In this document: positions 1-12,899 of the stretch, piece after piece | How the letters are laid out: every line of letters starts with the position of its first letter | Position numbering within the stretch: the first letter of the stretch is position 1 | Source: Octopus bimaculoides | Lineage: Eukaryota | Assembly: GCF_001194135.2 (NCBI RefSeq) | Contig: NC_068983.1 | Coordinates: 159,949,541-160,013,540 of the forward strand | Direction: 5' to 3' | DNA: 64,000 bases | Made by a program: the position numbers and the translations under genes | Notes under the pieces: model-generated | Told to the model about the DNA's origin: nothing | Database searches by the model: none | Seen by the model: only the letters and a program-made list of their open reading frames with translations

Positions 1-94
1 TATATAATTTTATATTTGCATACCATTAAGAACAACAGCAAACATTCAGAGGGAAATGACTGTAATCGAAAGCTTCGAAATGAAGTTACTTCTC

Positions 95-126
<32 letters not shown>

Positions 127-2607
127 TTAAATCCCGTGCAACTGTTCAGCATTTCTAGAGTAAAAGACAAACTGAAAGAACAATTTTGTCGTAAATAATA
201 TCTCTGAAGCCAAGCATGCATGAACTTTTACATATTTTCGACTTAGAACAGTTAGAATATAATTTCATAACACAAAAGAAGCATACACATTATGTGACTA
301 CCTCACTGTGCTAATTTCTGGCGCACAGTATAGATACATTATTATATTTTCTTCTGAAAGAAGAAGCTACGGGTGTTTGGTTACTATTTTAATAGAACAA
401 AAACAATAATTCACTTCAACATTCGTGTATTGGTACAAACTAGAAACCCTTATGTGTATATTTTTGTTTAGCTGGAATGAATATAATTTGAAAGCACGTG
501 TTTGTGTGCGCGTTTTTGCATATGTCTACTACATTCCATAAGTTATTACCGAATGGTTATGTTGCATAAATAGAGTTGTTTATGGCGTATTTATTTATAT
601 TGGCATCTTTATTTAAACATAAAACTGAGCTTTCCTTATACGTAATTTTGTCTTAGAAGTTGACAAATTAAATTACATTATGGTGAAATCACATCAATAC
701 CAGAATAATAGAAAAACAATTTACGCTGGGCACTCCTACCGTAATATAGTTTGAGGTTCTTTGTTACATTCATAAGCTCGGTGAATTATTAAACGATGAT
801 GAGATTGACCCTAGCAGCGTCTACATAACAGAATTTAGGTCTCTAATATGAAGATAGATTCAGTTTCTCTTACGATGTAGCAATTTTAATATCCTGTAAG
901 TACGATTACTGCTGAGATTCTAAATTAGTAAGGCATTATCAAATCTTGAGAGAAATTGCCATCATTATATTTAATTTTGATAAATAGACAACTTTCGGCG
1001 AGTTTTGAAGAGAATGTTTCTTTCATAAACTATTCTCTTTAGAATATTCTCTAGTTATGAGTTCGATAATTTCAAAACTATAACTAAAAGTGTATCAATT
1101 TTCGAAAGTCTAGTGTTCTATATTGTATTCTCCATCCTGCTGCTGGAATAAATTTATATAATAGGTAGGAGTTATTAGGAGCATTGATATTACATATACC
1201 TCAAAATGTAATTTAATGTAACACTTTACTTAAACAAATTACTTAAACACCAATCTGTGTATTACTTACACGAATTCAATTTGTTAATATAACATTCATG
1301 GAAAGACAGCATATTTCATAAATGTACAAGAGCGAAGAATCAGATACATTTCCAAATTTGATTTGTGGCCTCTTGTCCGTGATTTCAACTATCAAAAGAG
1401 TACCCATTACCCATTAGTCAATCCTTTACATTTGATCAAATAATTACTACTGTTATACTGTGGATTATTCAATTAACTTAACCTTGGTTTTAGTTAAACA
1501 TAATTAATAGGCTACACTCTGTTTTATTGTTTATGTCACCTCAGGTGTTTTGATTGTTTTATTAACATATCACGCTGCTTGTTTTCACGCAGACTTTCAA
1601 TAGTCGTGGGGATAATTGTCCTGCTTATAGGTTCAGTAGTCAACAGATTATATTTAGTTGGTGTCACCAATAGTTTGTTTTGCTCAATGCACCAGATATT
1701 ACCATATAAACACACGAATCTGTTCTGCTGCAAAACTGATAACAACCTTTGAGAGAATTACACAATAGTAAAGTGGTAAATTAACTCGTGTCTGACATGT
1801 TGTTTGGTAATGTACAGTGCACAGACAAAATTATCAGGCAAGAATAATATAATGGTGTCAAACATTGACAAAAATATATCAGTTGAACCAGTGTTTACAA
1901 TCTCAAAAATATATTCTGGATTGCTGATAAAAACTGAAATAGAGACTGATTTCGGAAACATTGAAGCGAACGTTTGCGAGGAAAAACAGCTGCAATATCT
2001 TTAACCAATGAAATGATATCTTCATCAGGTTGCTTAGATTCTCTAATTTAACTATTACTGTTCTACATATCAATAACTCTCTCCATATATAACACTGAGT
2101 GTTTATTTATCGTTTCATTAAAAGCAATGTATAAACCGGACCAATTTAGAAAACTATTGTCAACATCTATAGAAATTCTGTCTATGTTTCTCCCTTTATA
2201 AACTACATATATGTAACCTTTTTAAAAGAGTATTGATTTTTTTACTGTCTTTGCTACGAGGTAATTTGTTTTTATATTATTTTCTATGTATAGTCTTCTA
2301 TTTCTAGTTATAATTACTTCCTTTGATGTTGACCGGCATATTTACCATATACGCGCACGTACATACATATACGGAAAAACACACAAACATACAGACAAAT
2401 CCAGGCGCATACAAACACACACGCCCGCGTGCACACATGCACAGATGTAAATGTGTGTGAGGATGTGCGCTTGTTAAATATTCTTGTGCAGTTGTAAGAT
2501 GGACTACATTCTACACTAATGTACTCAGTGTTTTCAGCACACAAAATATTAATTAATTCATCCATTACAGTTTCCTCATTTCTTTTTAACCCTCTGTCTA
2601 TCCATCC

Positions 2608-2611
<4 letters not shown>

Positions 2612-2640
<29 letters not shown>

Positions 2641-2679
2641 TGTATGTATGTATGTATGCATGCATGTATGTATATATAG

Positions 2680-2732
<53 letters not shown>

Positions 2733-2735
2733 CAT
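2612..2735. repeat. Compound microsatellite (ATGT)n(ATCT)n
   Basis: Read directly from the sequence. Confidence 0.95.
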
Positions 2736-2811
2736 ACATACATAGCCTCTCTCTTTCTCTTTCACTGTACATTTACATATATATAAATACACGCACACAC
2801 ATACATATATA

Positions 2812-4078
2812 CAGGTCACAATGTGTAAATTGTCACCATTTTATATTTTTTAACTTTGCGCATGCACATTGTTTGCTTTCAATTTTGTCGACTACACAGT
2901 GTTGTAGGGTCAGTTGGGCACCGTCTGTGAGGAAAGCAGCTCCATGACGCAATTCACTCGGCCAGAAATTCGGAAATGACATGCTGTACTGCTTGGCATT
3001 GAAGCCTGAAGCTCCAATAGCATCATTTCAGAGTGTTTGGGTACCAATCTGAGGACAGTGCAGAGGATTCGGAAAGAGTTGGATGAGTCTAGTGGTGATT
3101 ACGAAAGTACAGCAGCTCGGAAAACTCACTCTGATCATCCTGATAAGAAAAGAACACCTGAATCTGTTGGTGAGATCCCTCCAAGTCAATCAGGTCCATC
3201 ACCAGCGACATGGGAGTGTTTGAGTTTCTTATCAGGCAGGAAGTGAATGAAGACATTCAGTCTTCGTCATATAAGATGAAAAACGGATAATTTTTATCCC
3301 AAGCCATCAAAGACAAGAGGTAAGACTGGACTACAAAGGTTTTGAAAAAATTCAAGCATCCCCTCCAACCGATCATGCATTGGTTTTTCTCAGACGAGAG
3401 ACGTTTCTGCTAGGATCAAATGGTGAACACACAGAAACCGTGAACTAGCCATGTCCCCAAAACATGTAACTAAAGTGATAAAAATCAAGCATTCAGTCAA
3501 CATCATTGTATTTGAAGTGATCGCTAGTGATGTCTCCATTCTTCTTCCCACATGGCCCCAGACTCAACACGGAGGTCTTCATAAAGTGCCTGGTGGAAGC
3601 AGTGCTGCCTTGAGTCAAGAGGATTGCTGTTGAAAGACCCTATGTCTGGCAACAGGACTCTGCACAATGCAACACAAGCAGGAGAACCAATTGTGACTGT
3701 TAGACAATTTTTGTGACCAAATCACCCCTAGCATCTGGCCACCTAACTCCCCAGACTGCAACCCCCTTGATTATTCTGTGTGGGGCGCAGTTGAGTATGC
3801 GTCCAACAAAACTCATTGTAACACCATAGATGAACTGAGGGCAAGAATTATGGCAGCATTCACCAACTTAAACAAGGCGACAGCTCATAAGTTACAGGAG
3901 ATTCCGAAGTCGTCTCGAGGCCGTGGTGGAAGCCAATGGCGATTTTATTGAATAGATTTACTCTTCAGTATTTCAAGATATTTTAAAGTAATTTTGGTAA
4001 ATATATCTGTTAAAACGAAATGTCAGTGTTATTTTCAGTTTTGTGTAATTTAGACGACAATATATTCACCGCGCCCTG
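2812..4078 (+). mobile_element. Full-length decayed Tc1/mariner DNA transposon, DD37D (maT) family
   Basis: TA on both sides (2810-11, 4079-80). Degenerate TIRs: CAGGTCACAATGTGTAAATTGTC versus the reverse complement of the right end, CAGGGCGCGGTGAATATATTGTC. Encloses a transposase pseudogene. Confidence 0.9.
2944..3955 (+). pseudogene. DD37D transposase pseudogene with stops and frameshifts
   Basis: Manual translation gives MTQFTRPEIRK*...GTNLRTVQRIRKEL, FFSDERRFC, YVWQQDSA...DNFCDQITPSIWPPNSPDCNPLDYSVWG and RRFRSRLEAVVEANGDFIE*. The D2-D3 spacing is about 37 residues across a frameshift. Confidence 0.9.
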
Positions 4079-4081
4079 TAC

Positions 4082-4260
4082 TTATACATACATACATAGA
4101 GGTAGATAGATAAAAAGTGAGAGAGAGACAGAGAGAATGAGAGAGAAGGTGAGAATGAGAGAGAAGCAGAGACGGTGAAGAAGGAAAGAGGGAGTGAGAA
4201 GGAGAGAAGGAGAGAGAAGAAAAGAAGGAGACAGAAAGAAAGAAAAATAAAATAGATACA
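4082..4260. repeat. GA-rich low-complexity repeat
   Basis: Degenerate AGAG/GAAG array. Confidence 0.85.
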
Positions 4261-4389
4261 CGAGTGTTGTTCCGAAATTAATGCAAAAGTAGTTATACGT
4301 AATTTTGAAAACTAGAGCAGGTTGTTCTAATTGAACATTTTGATAATGTAATTCTTCCACTATATAAAGTTGCTTTTCATAACAGTGCA

Positions 4390-4505
4390 CGAAAGGGTGA
4401 AGGGCAAAGTCCACCTCGGCTGAATTTGAACTCAGAACGTTACGGCAGACAAAAACCGCTAAGCATTTCACCTGGCGTACTAACGATTCTGCCAGCTCGC
4501 CGCCG
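4390..4505 (-). mobile_element. tRNA-derived SINE family A, 5' part
   Basis: Reverse complement reads GGCGGCGAGCTGGCAGAATCGTTAG (A box)...GAGTTCAAATTC (B box)...GACTTTGCCCTTCACCCTTTCG. Matches other copies in the window. Confidence 0.85.
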
Positions 4506-4559
4506 ATCTTTTTTTGCCATCATATTGCCTCAAGTGTCATTTATTCTGTCCGCAATACT

Positions 4560-4728
4560 TTTAGATGTCTCAACAATGTGTCGCCACACACTCCACACAC
4601 ATGGATACACACAAAACACATATGCAGACACACTTCCGTACTTAACAGACGCACGTACACAGACACATAACCCCATACACATAGACACACTCACACTCAA
4701 ACAGAAAGAGACAAGGGTACACACACAA

Positions 4729-4781
<53 letters not shown>

Positions 4782-5155
4782 TAAACACACAAGCACGCAC
4801 ACACAAACACAAGAATATGCACAATGCATACAAACAAATACATACATACATGCATATGTGCATACACATGCATGCTGACGCACATATATGCAAACAGATA
4901 GACAAAAGGAACGCAGCTCCAATTACGGACAGGGCCAACATCCATTGATAAATTTGCAAAAGGAACAAACATTTTGGAAGTAAAAGAAAATATAAATAAC
5001 AAATGAGGGGAAATCGAACCTATGAGTGTGTTCGATAATGAGGCATGAAGACAATATGATTCTTCCCAGCCACAACAAATACAAATATATATATGTGTGC
5101 GTGCGTGTATATATATGTATATATATATGTATGTGTGCGTATATATATATTCATG

Positions 5156-5195
<40 letters not shown>

Positions 5196-5210
5196 CGCGT
5201 ACGTGTGTAT
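4560..5210. repeat. (CA)n, (TA)n, (TG)n microsatellite-rich tract
   Basis: Read directly; accounts for the HT/CV/YI-type ORFs here. Confidence 0.9.
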
Positions 5211-5509
5211 TAATCTCGTGTTGCACAAACGACTCATAAGTCAAATATATACACGAAAACTAAGATTCATAAAAATATTGATATGAACTCATTTCTTTTG
5301 TAAAGACACAACATCTTTGTTCCTTTGGAAGGATCTAACATACCAGATCGATAGCGTGTTAGATGACATTCACCAGCAAGCAATCATGTAAGAATGACAA
5401 AACTGGAATTGTACCCATGCTTTATGCATCATAATGGTCTCCGGTTTGGAGAGCATGATTGGTGGAAACCGGAACTATCTCAGTACAGATATGCATCCGC
5501 ATACGTGTG

Positions 5510-5540
<31 letters not shown>

Positions 5541-5577
5541 ATACATAATAAAACACACACACACATGCATGTATTGC

Positions 5578-5787
5578 CTTCTATTCTCGGCACAAGGCCT
5601 GATATTGGGGAGGATCCTAGTAAATTTTATCAACCCCAGTGCATGACTGGTACTTATTTTATTGACCTAGAAAGAAAGACAAGCAAGATCAACCTAGGCA
5701 GTATTTGACCTCAAAATGTAAAGTCGGAAGAAATGCCGCTAATAATTTTTTCCGGTATGATAATAATTCTGCCAGCTGGCTGTCTTA
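5578..5787 (-). mobile_element. SINE family A, diverged near-full-length copy
   Basis: Collinear with the copy at 10600-10743 and the head at 11400-11510 (ACCCCAGT...CTGGTACTTATTTTATTGACC...TTCTGCCAGCT). Confidence 0.75.
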
Positions 5788-5889
5788 TACACTCATATTA
5801 TTTTCTACATGCTACAGATCACTAAGATCTTCTTAAAATAAAAACTAAAAATCATATAAGATAACGCATTATGTACACCTAACTTCATC

Positions 5890-8045
5890 TAAATATCTCC
5901 TCCTCCTCCTGTCTCGTCCTTCCGTCTCTCCTCACTGCCTCTAACCTCATTGTCCGCACCCCTCGCATTTCCACAATTTACTTCCTCCCCAAAATCCACA
6001 AACCTAACAACGCTGGCTGCCCCATCGCCTCCGCCTGAAACTGCCCCACCGAACTCATCTCCAGATATCTTGAGCATGTTCTTGCCCCCCCCCCCTAGTG
6101 GCTTCCCTCCCTCTCACATCCATGACACCAACCATGCTCTTCGTTTGTTCAACTCTTTCTCTTTCCTCCTGGCCCCTCTAAACTTCTCTTCACTCTTGAC
6201 ATCAAGAGTCTATACACGGTGATCCCTCACGACGAAAGGCTGCGTTCACGCCAACATTTCCTTGACCTTCGACCAAACCCGCAACCTGACACATGCACAC
6301 TCCTTCGTCTAGCCTAACTTATCCTCTCACTTAACAGCTTCTCGTTCGCAGGTGATTTTTACCAGCATTTCTCGGGAGTGACCATGGGAACGAGAATGGG
6401 CCCCAACAATGCGAACCTGTTCGTTGGATACGTTGAGGCCCAAATATTCTTAAGTTTCACTGGTCCCACTCCTTAACTATACGGTTGTTATATTGACGAC
6501 CGTATCGGTGCGACATCACTCTCCCGCGAACATCTAGACTCTTTCTTCTCTTTTGTCAAATCTTTCCATCCTGCCCGCCAATTCCCCTGCACTATTTCCG
6601 ACACTTTAGTCGCCTTTTTCGACATTTCTGTCAGCATTCATCACTCCAATCTCACCACCTCTATTCACTACAAACACGCAGACTCACGCTCATTCCTCAA
6701 CTTCTCCTCCTGCCACACTAAACACACCAAGCTCTCCATCCCCTATTTCCAATTCTTCCGTCTACGCAGGCTCTGCAGTGACAATCATGACTGAGACTCA
6801 ATCTCAACACATGGCTCGCCACTTCATCCTACCACTATCCACGCCGTCCTTACCAGAGCACGTTCTGTGGACCGTGCATCTGCTCTCTCTCTCTCCCCGC
6901 CCCACCCCGCCGTCACTCGTTTCTCGTCTCCCCTCACCTACCACCCACTACCCTACCTCTCCAACCCCACCCTCCTCACAGGTACCCATCATCGACCCTA
7001 TCATATCACTGACTCCTTCACCTGCACTTCTAGCAACGTCATCTACTGCATCTCCTGCTCTCTCTGCCCTTCTCCATACACAAACGGGTTCGCGGAACAC
7101 CTCCGAGACATCCGACTTGGCAACAACACATAGGTCTCGCGCTATTTCCGCTCTACCGGTCACTCTTTACAACACCTGTCTGTGTTCGGATTGTCCTTGC
7201 ACAGAGGCCATCCGGACTCCCGTCTTCGCCGTGAGCAGGGATTAATCTTCTCATTTCGCTCCTTTGCGACACATGGGCTAAACTCACCTCCCTTCTTCAT
7301 CTAATCCTTCTCCTCTCTTCCTGTTAGACCTACTTCCTCCCACCCACCTCTCCTCTCTTACTCTGGAACATACTCCTCTTCATTCCTACCCACCTTCTCA
7401 CTTCTACCCTTTCCTTCATCGTCATCCCTTCCCTCGTTACCCCACCCCTACACATTGCAACCCCATCATCCCTATACATCCGTTCCCAGCCCACCCATTC
7501 CTTAGACCCCACGCTTGCTTCCCTCACTCTCGCCTCTCCCGCACCCCAACACCACCACACCACACCACACCACCCCGCACACACTGGTGTTGACCACTTC
7601 CCAGTACCCACATCAGCGCTCACATTAGCACTGACCACTTCCCAGCACTTACACCATCATCCACACACCTACACGTGCACACGCCAATGTCACCAGCTCC
7701 CTCCCACACGCACGCACACGCACATACACGCTCCCACATACACACGCACGTTTACCTTCATTTTAGGATCACCACTACTTTATTATCTCCCCTTCTTCCT
7801 AGCTCTTCTGTGTGACCTCTCTGTCAGGCATTCGCCATGATAGATCGCTATCCACTATACCTTTTTCTATTTTCTCTCCCTGTTTATTTCTATGTTCCTT
7901 CCTGTCGAAAGAGCATAGGCTCGAAACATAGAAGACTTTCACACTTTTCGAGCGTTAAACTAATACATCTGTTTGTGGTTTAAACACCCGCCTTCGTCTT
8001 TGTTTTTTTTGTTTTTGTTTTTTGGTAAATTCTCACCATATGTAT
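5890..8045 (+). mobile_element. Penelope-like retroelement (RT + GIY-YIG, Neptune/Poseidon-type), 5'-truncated and decayed, with 3' repeat
   Basis: Motifs IYFLPKIHKPNNAGCPIAS, LFTLDIKSLYTVIPH, GVTMGTRMGPNNANLFVG, YIDD, VAFFDISV, SIHYKHADSRSFLNFSSCH; endonuclease ITDSFTCTSSNVIYCISCSLC...FAEHLRDI. Confidence 0.92.
7898..7934 (+). ncRNA. Degenerate minimal type I hammerhead ribozyme in the PLE 3' repeat
   Basis: CTTC-CTGTCGA-AA-GAGC(ATAG)GCTC-GAAAC-ATA-GAAG. Stem I is CUUC/GAAG and stem II is GAGC/GCUC; the core deviates at A6 (U) and 16.2 (A instead of G). Confidence 0.6.
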
Positions 8046-8684
8046 ATAACTTTTATCAAGATATTGTCTTAGCAATCATCATTCTGTCACATAGACAGTT
8101 GATGTTCGTCTCCGTCTTGAATGAAAACCCGATTATATCACGTTAAAACCACGTGCGAGCACACAAGGTTTTGAAGTAAAGAAACTAATACACACAGCAA
8201 GAGAAATAACTCTTCAATTATTATCTGGCATTAAATTTGAATTTTGAATCTCATACGCTGACTTAAATGACCATACATGCATTATGCAATTTTAGTGTTT
8301 GCAAGAAATATTTCGTATTTGCATATATCTGAACCTGATTGCAGAATTTTTACCTGTTTTCACATATTTTTGTCGTTAAACGTGGCACATAGTGTTGTGA
8401 ATTCACAGGACTGTATGTTTATAAGTTTATATGTCTATTTCCAACACAAACTGCAAACACATATTGAACCTTTTAAAAATCGGCAAACACGCTCATTAAA
8501 GGAGGTGAAAAAAAATATTTATGAGGCAAACAACCACACACATAATAAACTACCAGTCGGCAATATAACCCGAACATGTGATAACGAATCCCAACATTTC
8601 TTCTCTAATTCAATTTTTTTCCGTTATGATATGTGGTCTATGCCTGATGAATACGTTTGAGATATGGAACTATTAGTAGCACTA

Positions 8685-8725
<41 letters not shown>

Positions 8726-8780
8726 NNNNNNNNNNNNNNNNNNNNNNNNNNNNNNNNNNNNNNNNNNNNNNNNNNNNNNN

Positions 8781-8812
<32 letters not shown>
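8685..8812. repeat. (TA)n - N gap (8726-8780) - (AG)n
   Basis: Read directly from the sequence. Confidence 0.95.
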
Positions 8813-8814
<2 letters not shown>

Positions 8815-9305
8815 AAATAGGGAAGTATCCTTTGTTCTAACACAACATCCACATTAAGTTGGAAATAATTGACTTCTGACATTAATACTTCCTCAGTAGT
8901 AATTAATTATTTTTTAATGAGCCTGTTAGTTCTTTGCGACATCAGTTCCCGAAAAGACACTGAAATGCTATAAACCATTGATTGTGTTATTCGGCTGTTA
9001 TATCGCTCCCGGATATCTGCTAACGATGTGTCTGAGTAGGGCGAAATCCTACGAACGGTGCATAAGAACTCTCATAAAAGTACACGCTGATCTGGCAGTT
9101 CCAGCGCTAGTAGTAGACGATTGTCATCTACCAACGATGAAATAGGTGAGGTTCTATGCACCATGCATTCATATGAGAGGTTCTCTCAAGGTAAATAATG
9201 CAGTATTTGGTATTCAAAGATTACATCGATGTTAAGTTAGATATAAAGATTGCCTTTTGATTTAGACACACACTCACAAACACATACACACGCACNNNNN
9301 NNNNN

Positions 9306-9337
<32 letters not shown>

Positions 9338-10513
9338 CTGATTGATTGATAGTTGCAAATGGATATAGATGTAGAGATACGATACATATATAGCATGTAC
9401 AGGTTCATGTTTTGAATGCTTGAATAATTACGAATATATTATACATGTATACACAGACAGGCATGTATGTGTGTGTACATAAGTGCGTGTGCGATTATTT
9501 AATGCGTTAGTTGTGTATTTGTGTGTGCAAGTATGTATGCGTGCAATAGCCATTACACTTTCGGAACGCTGACCACAGAGCTTAATATAGCTTTAATAAT
9601 CAGTGCTGCCAAACACAAAATTGATTAGATTTCATCGTTAGCATTCAGTAATAGCACTTCATTCGATCGATAGAAAAGTTATATTAAGACTGAATGTGAC
9701 ACAACAACCGTTTTAGGTGCTGATTACATGTTAACATCATTGTAGTAAACAGAATTTATAGAAGAATTGTGAAATTTCAAATGAATTCGTGTATTCATTC
9801 GATTGTTAGATATTTGTCTTCCCTTCTTATGTCCCAGAAATCTATAATGCAGTAAAAGTATTATAAGCTTTGACAAGAACAATCATGCCGTGAAGTGGAA
9901 GAAATGCGAAAATTTTCAATTACAGAATGTTTTGCAAAATGTTACACATAAGTTCTAGAAAAACAAAAATTATGCAGATGACGTTGTTTATAGATGAATT
10001 CTATCTTCCTTTTCATCGCTATTCTGTTATTCTTCTCTATTTTAGAATTTTACTAGATATAACATTCGAAATGAAGATTGGTCAGACATCGATATTTCTG
10101 GGTTATATTCATTTATTGGTGAGGAATGTTCTAAAAGAAGCTATAAAAATGCAAGTATAAGTAAAGAAAAATAAAGCAAATAAAGTGAATATAGAAAAGC
10201 CACTGAAAAAAATCAGAAAAAATGTCAAAGACATAAAGAGAGGAAAAGGGAAAATTAAACCAAGAAAGAAATGTAAATTTCTTTTATCTTTATGCTGAAA
10301 CCTTCGTATTGCAAATATACAAGAAACAATAATTCAACAATTCTCCTGCCAGCTACATTAAAAGCATTTTCATTGCAACTCCTTCCAGAAATATTCTCCG
10401 AATTGTGCTAACACTATTTTCAATCCCTCAAATTTAACTCTAGATTCACAAGAAACAATCTTGGTTCTTTGAATGATTTCAGAAATTCTGGAATCATATG
10501 AAACAAACATGAA

Positions 10514-10515
<2 letters not shown>

Positions 10516-10565
<50 letters not shown>

Positions 10566-10743
10566 TAATAATAATAACAACAACAACAGCAACAACAACC
10601 CTTTCTATTATAGGTACAAGACCTGAAATTTTGAGGGAGACGGATAGTCGATTACATCGACTCCAGTGTTGAACTAGTAATTATTTTATCGACCCTGAAA
10701 GGATGAAAGCCAAAGTCGACCTCGATGGCATTTGAACTCAGAA
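10516..10743 (-). mobile_element. SINE family A copy (5'-truncated) with (TTG)n(TTA)n tail
   Basis: GTCGATTACATCGACTCCAGT...ATCGACCCTGAAAGGATGAAAGCCAAAGTCGACCTCG...TTTGAACTCAGAA, preceded by (TAA)n(CAA)n at 10516-10599. Confidence 0.88.
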
Positions 10744-11289
10744 TATTTCGTGCTTGTTTTATTTCGATATGCTCGTATATAAGGTATGTTGAGTAAATGT
10801 ACTGAAACGTTGGGACACCACTAAAGAGTTCTTCGTGTAATGATGAAAGTGAATAATACTGGAGTAGTTATTGCTTTACACTACATGGAAAAGGTTTGGG
10901 ATAACCGATAAAACAATGTTATATCCACAATCCCATCAACTGCCCTAGTTAATCTGTGAAATCAATCTACATTTGTAGATTTAAGTGCAGCTGTTACAAT
11001 GTAAATTTTTTACCCTAGAGAGGAAAGCTGAAGTTTTGTAGTTAATCGGGCAACTTCAAATTTTTATAAAATTCGGAAGAAATTCTGAACTGGGTTATTT
11101 AATAAGAAGCAAAGACATTGGTTTGCCAGACCAAATGCCTCGGGACAACAATTAATTTATTCTCTTCCCATTCCGAATTCAAATCTTCCTTTGGTCGGGT
11201 ATTTTCAATATCTAAGTAAAGTTTCACAGTAATTGTAAAATAAGACAAAAGATATTCTTGGGTGAATATTGCGACATAATTTTGTTTCT

Positions 11290-11510
11290 TATTTCTTTAT
11301 TGCCCACATAGAGGGGACAAACAAGGACAGACAAAGGTATTAAGTCGATTACATCGACCCCAGTGTGTAACTGGTACTTAACTTATCGACCCTGAAAGGA
11401 TGAAAGGCAAAGTCGACCTCAGCGGAATTTGAACTCAGAACGTAACGGAAGACGAAATACCGCTAAGCATTTCGCCCGGCGTGCTAACGTTTCTGCCAGC
11501 TCTCTGCTTT
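11290..11510 (-). mobile_element. SINE family A, full head and core with an alternative 3' tail
   Basis: Well-preserved head and core (GCTGGCAGAAACGTTAGCACGCCGGGCGAAATGCTTAGCGG...GAGTTCAAATTCCGC on the minus strand). The tail differs from that of the 10600 copy. Confidence 0.9.
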
Positions 11511-12314
11511 TAGTTTTGTTTCTGGCTGCTACCGATTATCATCTTAGATGCTGTTGGTAAAATAAGGACAATACAATTTCTTTAGTTTCCTTTCCTCAAT
11601 TATGTATAACAAGAAACCAATAATTAACATTAAAGTGGCACAGTTCTGTCCATATGGAAATAAGCAGAAACAGGGAATTCCATTCGGCGAAATGTTATAA
11701 TGAAACATTGAACGTCAAATTACTTTTGTGCTTTGAGCGAAAATATTAGGTATATTTCTTTCACTGCCTTGATCACACACGGGAATTCGAGTGGTTAAGG
11801 TCGAGGTAGACTTCAAAATGTTTCCCTGAAGATTCACATTATTATCGTCAGACGAAGAGTGAGACAAGTATGCATGAATAAGCACACACAGACATACATA
11901 TATAAACAGATAGACTCACATATAGGCACATCACGTGTAGATATTTTAAAGTTATTCTGTAAGCTTTCTGGGGAGAACAAAGCATTCTTTTTCATTCCCA
12001 ACAATGAAAATAATCTGATTGTTATAACATTTTGTGATTAATCCAAGTAAAACAAACAACAGTGTTACATATCTCTACCAAATTGGATTTTTAAAGACCC
12101 ATATAATTGCACGTCTATTAAAATACAATTGAAAAACCATACCTATAGTTTATAAAGTAGCCTTGTTTGAATTTCGGATGTACTTTTACCTGAAGATTTG
12201 TCTTCAGCAGTACGCTCACGGCAACGTGACCCCCAAAAGTGATAAGACAGAGATTGAAGACAGGAGCCCCAGCTAGGAAGGTGTTGAAATGATGAGAGTA
12301 ACAAGGTGATTTGA

Positions 12315-12349
12315 ATGAGAGAGAGACAGAGAGACAAAGTGAGAAAGCA

Positions 12350-12414
<65 letters not shown>

Positions 12415-12470
12415 AAGAGAGACAGAGAAAGAGAGACAGAGAAAGAGAGACAGAGAAAGAGAGACAGAGA
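12315..12470. repeat. (AG)n microsatellite
   Basis: Read directly from the sequence. Confidence 0.95.
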
Positions 12471-12754
12471 TGACTAGCAATACAGAAACATTGAAGAAAG
12501 AGTTCATTGAATATAACAGGCCCAGTGCAATCTCTTATAAATAGATGTCGTGACAGGCAAAAATCTAGACTGAAATTGATTATCGTATGCCGATTAAATA
12601 TAAGTGGATTCTGTACCATCCGTCATTTTACGAACTGTATGAGTAATAAGGTAAGAAAAAGATGAATGGCAAAGACAAGATTGATAGATAAACGAGAAAT
12701 AAGGAGACAATACGATGTTGAAAGAAGGGATCTTGAATGACTGTCCCACACCTC

Positions 12755-12770
12755 TTTCTCTCTCTCTTTC

Positions 12771-12820
<50 letters not shown>

Positions 12821-12850
12821 ATCTATGTATCTATCTATCTATCTATCTAT
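12755..12850. repeat. (TC)n(TATC)n microsatellite
   Basis: Read directly from the sequence. Confidence 0.95.
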
Positions 12851-12899
12851 TGATATGAAAACATCTCACTCTCTTGCATTCTTTCTCTCTCTCCCTCCC

